Assembly: GCA_049969675.1 (NCBI GenBank)
Contig: JBMFOP010000095.1
Span: forward strand, 1-11,344
From: Myxococcota bacterium
Lineage (GTDB): Bacteria > Myxococcota > SpSt-1050
DNA: 11,344 nt
Direction: 5' to 3'
Part shown: one piece after another, positions 1 to 6,569 of the stretch
How the letters are laid out: the number at the start of each line of letters is the position of its first letter
How positions within the stretch are numbered: the first letter of the stretch is position 1
Program-made: the position numbers and the translations under genes
Notes under the pieces: model-generated
Database searches by the model: none
Told to the model about the DNA's origin: nothing
The model's input: the letters and a program-made list of their open reading frames with translations, nothing else

Positions 1-1784
1 ATATGATTTGCTATATTTTCGCAGGAAGGAGTTGTTCCGGCATCTTCACCGGCATCAGTGGTAACATCCTCACCGGCATCGGATATTACATCTGTTACTA
101 CTACATCCTGAACAGCATCTGTCACGACATCTTCTACAACAACATCTCCACCTGCATCAGGACCAATAACTACAAGAGATAGGTCAGCATTTCCACGGGG
201 TTCAAGTTTGAAGTTGCTATAACTGTAGTTTAGAACTCCAATGATAAAATTGAATTTATCTCCTACCTTTCTCTGGGCTGTATAATCATAAGGATATAGG
301 TCATTTACCCTTAAACCACCTGTTACTTCAAACTCCTTATAGTCATTTGGTGCATCTGGATTTGCATTTATAACCTCTACATTCTCAACCTTTACCAGAA
401 CACCTTCATAATTCTCAGCCTTTGCTCCACCTGTTGCAATGTCATTTGGATCCACCACCTCGGGGGGTGGGACATCTGTAGTGCCAATCTTAGTAATATT
501 TGTGGCGACTATCTCTGTGAGGTCGTTGTACTCTTTATAAGAGCCTTCAATGGTAATCTCATCTCCCGCATTAAATGGTCCGAGTCCCGAACTCTTTGGA
601 TACACAACTAAAATACCAGAATACTCACCTCCATTCTTCTCCTCCACAAATATGCCATTTAGATTTGTAGAGGCACTGTGTGTCGGTGCTGTTACAACCA
701 CATTCTTTACAATTATTGATTCATTCTCCTGAGGGTGATTCTGGCTTGATGTATTCTGAATATCATAAATAGTTACCTCTTTTACCACTACGGTAGTATC
801 TTCTATCACATCAATACCGACATCTACTCCTGCATCAGCGACTTCAATCTCTATATCTCCCTCATCTCTCGGTTCAAGTTTGTAATTATTGAAAGTGGTG
901 TGTAGAATTCCTATAAGTTTTGAAAATCTTGTCCCAACAGATGGCTTATATGAATAGAATATGTCATCCACAAGCAATCCACCAGTGACGGTCCATTCGC
1001 CATAGGTATCAGCCTCTTTTATAACAGAGACGCCATTGAGTTCAACCAGAACTCCCTGATACATCTCAGCCATACTCCCACCGGTGGCGATTGCAGATGC
1101 ATCTGAAATCTTTACCGGTGAAGGGATATCCACCCCCTTCTGTTTTAATACGATATTTTTTACCTCTATTTCAGAGAGTGAGTATGTATCATTACTCCCC
1201 TTGAATTCCTTATAATATCCCCAGACATCATATTCATAGCCAATCCCTACTTCAAGACCATCCCCAATTACATCAGACTTTCCTACAAGCAGGATTCCAG
1301 AATATGCCCCGCCATTCTTCTCCTGAACAAAGAAACCATTTAGACCTGAACTGGAACTCACAACAAATTTTGGAGAGGTTGAGATAACGCCGGCAACAAA
1401 TATATAACTACCGACAGGGGGATGCCTTTCACTGCTCTCATCCTGAATGTCGTAGATAGTCACACTGATTGGTTCTTCTCCGCCGTCCCCTATATCAACA
1501 GCATCTCCTATATCTCCTACATCCTTTAATTCCTCTACATCTGCCACCACATCCTGAAGGACATCGCCGCCATACTTTACACACCTCTGATTTTCACAGA
1601 TATACCCATTAGGACAATCAAAGTTGTTTTTGCAGTTATTTATATCCGGTCTTCCTGCCTCAAATTCAGCATCAGACGGTGTGGTCTCATCTCCACCACA
1701 ACCGTGAAGAAAACCACCTATGTTAAACACAAATACCATTGCAATGACATAAAACAACCCGACAAATAATCCATGTTTATACAT
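1..1784 (-). CDS. Putative lipoprotein with an N-terminal 4-Cys module and two tandem OB-fold-type (YhcR/ExeM-NucH N-terminal-like) repeats; 3'-truncated by the window edge
   Basis: Translated by hand; absent from the ORF track because it has no stop in the window. ATG at 1784-1782 is preceded by AAGGAGGT and the frame stays open for 594 codons to the edge. It begins MYKHGLFVGLFYVIAMVFVFNIGGFLHG-C29 (lipobox-like), followed by CKNNFDCPNGYICENQRC and two repeats each running TIYDIQ...GFFVQE/GIFVEE-KNGG(A/E)YSGIL...Y(Q/E)GVLV...KLEPR..DI/DL. It ends DAGEDAGTTPSCENIANH. Confidence 0.9.
   Translation of the reverse strand, partial: MYKHGLFVGLFYVIAMVFVFNIGGFLHGCGGDETTPSDAEFEAGRPDINNCKNNFDCPNGYICENQRCVKYGGDVLQDVVADVEELKDVGDIGDAVDIGDGGEEPISVTIYDIQDESSERHPPVGSYIFVAGVISTSPKFVVSSSSGLNGFFVQEKNGGAYSGILLVGKSDVIGDGLEVGIGYEYDVWGYYKEFKGSNDTYSLSEIEVKNIVLKQKGVDIPSPVKISDASAIATGGSMAEMYQGVLVELNGVSVIKEADTYGEWTVTGGLLVDDIFYSYKPSVGTRFSKLIGILHTTFNNYKLEPRDEGDIEIEVADAGVDVGIDVIEDTTVVVKEVTIYDIQNTSSQNHPQENESIIVKNVVVTAPTHSASTNLNGIFVEEKNGGEYSGILVVYPKSSGLGPFNAGDEITIEGSYKEYNDLTEIVATNITKIGTTDVPPPEVVDPNDIATGGAKAENYEGVLVKVENVEVINANPDAPNDYKEFEVTGGLRVNDLYPYDYTAQRKVGDKFNFIIGVLNYSYSNFKLEPRGNADLSLVVIGPDAGGDVVVEDVVTDAVQDVVVTDVISDAGEDVTTDAGEDAGTTPSCENIANH
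180..1460 (-). repeat. Intragenic duplication of a ~200-aa module (copy 1 ~853-1460, copy 2 ~180-773)
   Basis: Shared blocks between copies: VTIYDIQ, LNGxFVxEKNGGxYSGIL, YKE, IATGGxxAExYxGVLV, VTGGLxVxD, IGxL, NxKLEPR. Confidence 0.9.
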
Positions 1785-1790
1785 CGTAAT

Positions 1791-1798
1791 ACCTCCTT
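1791..1798 (-). promoter_or_regulatory. Shine-Dalgarno site for the OB-fold lipoprotein gene
   Basis: Minus strand reads AAGGAGGT, 6 nt upstream of the ATG at 1784. Confidence 0.85.
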
Positions 1799-1863
1799 AA
1801 TACTTAATACTTTTTAATAATGATTTTCTCAAAATAACCACCTTCAAAAGGATACAGATTAAA

Positions 1864-1891
1864 ATACTAACACCTATTCCTTATTAGTCAA
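1864..1891 (-). promoter_or_regulatory. Candidate sigma70-type promoter for the OB-fold lipoprotein gene
   Basis: Minus strand TTGACT (1891-1886), 16-nt spacer, TAGTAT (1869-1864), with an extended -10 TGn directly before the -10 hexamer. Confidence 0.5.
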
Positions 1892-2059
1892 TAGAAAAAT
1901 TTCTATATATGGGTTGAATACAGCACCTCTAATCCTCTACAATAGAGGTATTTATCAGACAAATTAGCATACCTTAACTCAAATCTATTAAAACCGCGGT
2001 GCAATCCGGGTATGAAATTACAATCAGAGAATCTGTAGAGATAAATTGGTTAAAAGACT

Positions 2060-2983
2060 TTAATTGAGATACCTTTTTGAATCTTCATCTTTTGTATCTT
2101 CTTCAAATCTCTTTAATAACAGCATATCCTCTTCTGCTCTCATAATCTCCAGTCTTGTCTCAGTCTTTCTCTTCTTAACAATAAAGACATAGATAAATAA
2201 CATTGTGAGTAGAATCCAGATTGTTGTGGAGCTTGTAATAATTGGCAACCACGCATACCTGAATCTCGTCGTCTTCTTAAAGTCCTTTTCAATATCTGAT
2301 ACTGTCTGCCCTGCCACCTTATAAATTGCAAACCTAAAATCCAATCCGCTCTTAACAAGTTCAAGGACTTTAAATAGCCCCTCCTCTCCTATTTTTGAGA
2401 GGAGATATGAGAAGAACTCGGATGATGTAAGATATGCATTCTGTATATCAACAGGGTTGTCCGGGAAGCCCTCTTCAAGTGTGTAAATATCAATATAACT
2501 ATTGGAAAAAGCCTGTCTTATCAATCTGAGGCTACGGGATAGTCCGCCCCTCTCCTCAAAATACATTGAGAATCCCTCTGAAAACCACTTCGGAATCTTC
2601 TCTTTTGAAAAGTTGTGTAAGAAGATATGTGCGAGTTCATGTCTGAATGTCCTCAAAATCTCATCCGGCCCGTTTGTGTCATCTCCCCTTAATATTATGA
2701 TACCCTTCTTTGGATAGGCTATTCCAACTGACCAGGTGGGCGCCCTGTATCCTTCAGGCTGAAGTGACTCATATTCACTCAAATTGGATGCAATCTTGAT
2801 AGTTATCTTCTCTTTAATGGATACAGGCACCATCTTCTGAATCTCAGCATATTCCTCTTCGGCATTCTTAAGGACCAATTCGGATAGGCGTCTCAATCCC
2901 GGTGAGGATTCAACCTGAAAGTGGTCTGAACTAATTCTATAATCAGAGCCAGCAATAAGAAATATTAAAAAGAGTTCATTCAT
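2060..2983 (-). CDS. Peptidase MA-clan (gluzincin) zinc metallopeptidase with a C-terminal membrane anchor
   Basis: HELAH (2627-2641) is followed 16 residues later by the Glu of PKWFSEGFSMY, the typical Peptidase_MA-like pattern. Short hydrophobic N-terminus; C-terminal hydrophobic segment (IWILLTMLFIYVFIV) followed by KKRK and a charged tail. Confidence 0.8.
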   Translation of the reverse strand: MNELFLIFLIAGSDYRISSDHFQVESSPGLRRLSELVLKNAEEEYAEIQKMVPVSIKEKITIKIASNLSEYESLQPEGYRAPTWSVGIAYPKKGIIILRGDDTNGPDEILRTFRHELAHIFLHNFSKEKIPKWFSEGFSMYFEERGGLSRSLRLIRQAFSNSYIDIYTLEEGFPDNPVDIQNAYLTSSEFFSYLLSKIGEEGLFKVLELVKSGLDFRFAIYKVAGQTVSDIEKDFKKTTRFRYAWLPIITSSTTIWILLTMLFIYVFIVKKRKTETRLEIMRAEEDMLLLKRFEEDTKDEDSKRYLN

Positions 2984-4329
2984 TATAGTGTCTTAATCAG
3001 CCTTAAGAGTCTATCCCTTCTATTTAGTTCTGGCCTCTCAATTACCATCTCCATAAGCCTCTTTAATATCTTACCTACCTCTGGCGAAGGGGGAATATTC
3101 TTTATCTTCATTACATCGTTCCCATCTACCTCTAATTGATTCAGATTTATCGCAGAAGATTCTCTTTCTATTTTTTTTACTCTCTCATTTAGTTCATCAA
3201 TCATCTTTATTGTGCACTTTACCATCCTCCCGCGTGCCAGGACATCTGCCTTCTGCAAGAGAATTAGTGAATCAATCTCACTCCCCATCTTCCGAATCAG
3301 TCTTCTGATAGCTGCATCAGACCATTTGCTATTATATCCAATCATATGATTTGAGATAATTAGCCTCGCTCTCTCTATGGATTTATTGGAGAACCTTAAC
3401 CTCCTGAATGTTTCAGCCACAATTTCAGCCCCTTTTGTATCATGTCCATAATAGGTGGCATCATCTGTACTTCCAGACTTACAGAGCGGTTTTGCCACAT
3501 CATGCAAAAGCCCTATCAACCTCAACTCAGGGTCGTCTTGCGGCAGATAGTCCATAGTCTTTAATGAATGGTGGAATAAATCATATTTATGCCATCTGTT
3601 CTGTTTGAAACCGATTGTGGGAATAAGCTCTATAAAGATATGTTCAAGGAGTCCAGATTTGTGCATCAGAATAACCCCCCTTGATGGTTTGTCAGCACCC
3701 ATCATCTTCAGAATCTCCTCCCTTATCCTCTCAATTGAGACCTTAAGAAAGATGGGTATTGTGGCCTTAATAGCAGGGAGAATATCTTTGTGGAGTTTAT
3801 AATTGAGAACGGTGGCAAATCTGATTGCCCGGAGAGCCCTCAAACCGTCTTCAGAGAATCTATCATAGGCATTATTTACACACCTGATAATCCCCTGTCT
3901 GATATCTTCAACACCGTTATATGGGTCAACAAATCTGTCTTTGACAGGGTCATATGCCACTGCGTTAATGGTAAAGTCTCTTCTTGAGAGGTCCTCCTCA
4001 ACACTCACACCGAATATAACACTTTCTGGATGTCTTCCATCTCTATAATCTGATTCACTCCTGAAAGTGGTGATCTCAAACTTCGTGTTTTTGTAAATTA
4101 CAGTTACCGTCCCGTGCCTGATACCTGTGGGATAACTATTCTTAAATATTCTCATTATGCTGGCGGGAGGGGCTGAAGTTGCTATATCCCAGTCCAGATT
4201 CTTTCTTTTTAGAATCAGATCCCTGACAGAACCACCTACCATAAATGCCTCATAGTGATGCCTCTTTATCTCCCTGATCAGAGAGAGTACAGATTCTGGC
4301 ACCCTATCTTTTAATCTGACATCAGTCAT
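2983..4329 (-). CDS. cca: Class II CCA tRNA nucleotidyltransferase with HD domain
   Basis: Motif A VGGSVRD...DWDIAT, flexible loop FRSESDYRDGRHP, motif B DLSRRDFTINA, templating motif EDGLR, HD domain HHSL...LLHDVAKP. I prefer the ATG at 4329 (448 aa) to the track's TTG at 4368, which coincides with a TTGACA box. Confidence 0.9.
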   Translation of the reverse strand: MTDVRLKDRVPESVLSLIREIKRHHYEAFMVGGSVRDLILKRKNLDWDIATSAPPASIMRIFKNSYPTGIRHGTVTVIYKNTKFEITTFRSESDYRDGRHPESVIFGVSVEEDLSRRDFTINAVAYDPVKDRFVDPYNGVEDIRQGIIRCVNNAYDRFSEDGLRALRAIRFATVLNYKLHKDILPAIKATIPIFLKVSIERIREEILKMMGADKPSRGVILMHKSGLLEHIFIELIPTIGFKQNRWHKYDLFHHSLKTMDYLPQDDPELRLIGLLHDVAKPLCKSGSTDDATYYGHDTKGAEIVAETFRRLRFSNKSIERARLIISNHMIGYNSKWSDAAIRRLIRKMGSEIDSLILLQKADVLARGRMVKCTIKMIDELNERVKKIERESSAINLNQLEVDGNDVMKIKNIPPSPEVGKILKRLMEMVIERPELNRRDRLLRLIKTL

Positions 4330-4340
4330 AATCGCCTGAT

Positions 4341-4368
4341 ACTCTATGGTGAGAAAGAGATTTGTCAA
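4341..4368 (-). promoter_or_regulatory. Candidate sigma70-type promoter for cca
   Basis: Minus strand perfect TTGACA (4368-4363), 16-nt spacer, TAGAGT (4346-4341); the -10 hexamer ends 11 nt before the ATG at 4329. Confidence 0.55.
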
Positions 4369-4404
4369 GCAAAAATTTAGTATGGTGGATAATGGGCAGG
4401 TAGA

Positions 4405-6420
4405 TTATTTATGTATATATCTCTTAAGAAATGCCTTTGAGATATCTCTTCTGATGGGTAATAGATTGTTGCTGTAAGATCTCTTTGCAAAGTTGATATC
4501 CGGTCCGTTCCAGTTACTCAAATCCAGTTTAAATACATAGTAGTAGCTCGGGTCTATGCCGATATGATATGGGGCAGAGTTGGTATCAATTTTGATTACT
4601 TTCTCCTGTCCAATATTTATAAGGTCAACGGTTGTGATCTTCTCCCCCTCATTGGTATATAAATGTATCTCAAGACTCTTGAGGTTCTGGATTCCACTAT
4701 TTTTCATAATCTTAAATGAGACAGTTTTGCCTGTATAATTATAATCTGAGACCGAAATCTCGGGACAGGGGGTGGAGTATATCCATTCATTGAAAAAACT
4801 CTCCCAGAAGTTATAATCTGAGGTGTATTCAATTAAAAAATCTCTTAAGTCCTCTGTAGTGGCAGTCCTATGCCTATATTTATTAAACCAGCCTTTTAAG
4901 AAGTCGTATCTGTTTTTATTAAAGTCCCTTTCAACTCTTAGAAGGATCATCTCCACCACAGATGAGCCATATTTGTAAAATTGGTCCAGCACCTCATTAA
5001 AATAACTCATCATATCATCTGAATCAGAAAATCTGAGTGGAACACCGTACTCATAATACTCGTCAGAGGCATAGTTTCTCCAATAGTACTTGATTTTCTC
5101 CGCTGTGGTTGAATCAGCGATAAGAGGAATTATCTCATATACCGTGCTCCATTCGGTGAAACCCTCTGCCAGCCAGAAGTGGGGCCAGTCTGAAAACATC
5201 AGATTATCTCCCCACCAGTGGTGAATTACCTCGTGTGCTGTAACATATTGTGCCTCAATGCTCTGTCCATTTATTATATCAGAGCCTATCCATATAACAG
5301 TTGTATTCTCCATCCCGCCGCCAAATTGAGGAATATCTACTATCTGAAGTAATTTTTCAAAATCATAGGGACCTACAATCTCCTCCATCCTATCTATAGC
5401 CGTCTTTGCTGAGGAAAATGCAAGTTTTGCCTTTGATAGATTGGATTTGAGTGCCACTCCTTTGATTTCTACTCCTGATTTTGATGTTCCAGCGTTAAAT
5501 TCGTTGTAATAGTTACTTGCAGCAAAACTCAGAGAGTATAGAGGGACACTGGTTGAAAATTCAAATTGATAAGAATTATCGGATGCAGATTTTAGTCCAA
5601 ATGGGCCATAAACAGTCCAGCCATTATCTGGTGTCTTTATTGTCATAGATAGATTTTCAAGAGTGATGTTGTAGTCGTATTGGGGAGAGATATCATAAGT
5701 TGATTGTGGTACAAATAGCCAATAATTGGCATAATATGGTTCATTAAATGGACCTATTGCAGATTCCTGATAGTTCAATCTCCATCTTCTGAGTCCGAAG
5801 AGTTCATCATTTGAGTTTACAATAAAGCTAAGTTGTACCGAGATCCTCTCTCCCTTTTTATAAGGTGGCAGGCAGATCGTAATCTTTGAACCATCATAGA
5901 TATACTCCCTATCAACGCTATTTATTGTATGTCCATTTCCAAAGAGTGTAAGTGTATCTCCATCAGATTCTGCAACAAGAGATATCTCTTCTTCAATGTA
6001 ATATTTTGATGCCCTGTAGTCTTTGAGGTCAATGTAGATATTGATGCCAAGTCCTTCTGTATGAACACTATCTTTAAATGAACATTCGTGAATACCTGTA
6101 TCTGTCTCATTTGTATCCTGAGATACCCCATCCTGTGTATCAGAAATATCTCCTGATGAGATATCATGGCCACCTTCATCTGCAGCGATTAGCTCCTCAC
6201 CTACATCTGTTGTGGAAATATCCACAGAGGTCAAATCAGAGAGAATATCTGATATAGCATCTTTATAAATGTTCTCGTTCTGGATATCAGTATTAATCGT
6301 ATCGTAATAAGTAATATCAGAAATTTCATCATTGTAAATTCCATTCTCAATCTCTGTCTCCGAACAGGAGTAGAGGAGAAGATTCATATTTAAAAGCAAT
6401 AATAAGAATAATCTTTTCAT
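4405..6420 (-). CDS. M1-family zinc aminopeptidase, putative lipoprotein
   Basis: GGMEN (~5305-5319), HEVIH-x18-E (HEVIHHWWGD...WLAEG, HEVIH at 5221-5235) and a downstream FYKYG tyrosine motif. Signal peptide MKRLFLLLLLNMNLLLYS-C, then a ~90-aa Asp/Ser/Thr-rich linker. SD GAGGT at 6432-6428. Confidence 0.9.
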   Translation of the reverse strand: MKRLFLLLLLNMNLLLYSCSETEIENGIYNDEISDITYYDTINTDIQNENIYKDAISDILSDLTSVDISTTDVGEELIAADEGGHDISSGDISDTQDGVSQDTNETDTGIHECSFKDSVHTEGLGINIYIDLKDYRASKYYIEEEISLVAESDGDTLTLFGNGHTINSVDREYIYDGSKITICLPPYKKGERISVQLSFIVNSNDELFGLRRWRLNYQESAIGPFNEPYYANYWLFVPQSTYDISPQYDYNITLENLSMTIKTPDNGWTVYGPFGLKSASDNSYQFEFSTSVPLYSLSFAASNYYNEFNAGTSKSGVEIKGVALKSNLSKAKLAFSSAKTAIDRMEEIVGPYDFEKLLQIVDIPQFGGGMENTTVIWIGSDIINGQSIEAQYVTAHEVIHHWWGDNLMFSDWPHFWLAEGFTEWSTVYEIIPLIADSTTAEKIKYYWRNYASDEYYEYGVPLRFSDSDDMMSYFNEVLDQFYKYGSSVVEMILLRVERDFNKNRYDFLKGWFNKYRHRTATTEDLRDFLIEYTSDYNFWESFFNEWIYSTPCPEISVSDYNYTGKTVSFKIMKNSGIQNLKSLEIHLYTNEGEKITTVDLINIGQEKVIKIDTNSAPYHIGIDPSYYYVFKLDLSNWNGPDINFAKRSYSNNLLPIRRDISKAFLKRYIHK

Positions 6421-6524
6421 ATATATTACCTCGCAGGAATGGAAGATATCACAACCTAAAACTTTTACGAATTAAAAAGAATTTTATCCTTAAATATGCG
6501 ACATATCTGTCAACAAATCAAAAG

Positions 6525-6564
6525 TTGATAAAAACCTTTCTAACTATTATTATAATTCTGGAGG
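6525..6564 (+). promoter_or_regulatory. Candidate promoter and SD for the glycoside hydrolase gene
   Basis: TTGATA (6525-6530), 17-nt spacer, TATTAT (6548-6553), with an overlapping TATAAT (6551-6556); GGAGG at 6560-6564 before the ATG at 6570. Confidence 0.5.
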
Positions 6565-6569
6565 TTGAG

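Noticed and set aside
550..732. 60-aa plus-strand ORF
   Set aside because: Antisense shadow inside the long minus-strand lipoprotein gene.
1993..2000. Palindrome ACCGCGGT
   Set aside because: Only 8 bp, single copy, with no supporting context.
2140..2717. Short ORFs 2140-2364 (-) and 2502-2717 (+)
   Set aside because: Fully nested in the peptidase CDS, with no recognisable motifs.
3605..3987. Two 65-aa plus-strand ORFs
   Set aside because: Antisense to conserved cca motifs.
4330..4368. TTG start for cca at 4368
   Set aside because: It is the first half of a TTGACA box with no SD; the ATG at 4329 gives a more typical N-terminus.
5922..6179. 85-aa alternative-frame ORF
   Set aside because: Nested in the M1 aminopeptidase gene, with no independent support.
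6525..6569. TTG start for the glycoside hydrolase at 6525
   Set aside because: The ATG at 6570 has a GGAGG SD and yields a proper signal peptide; the TTG belongs to a -35-like box.
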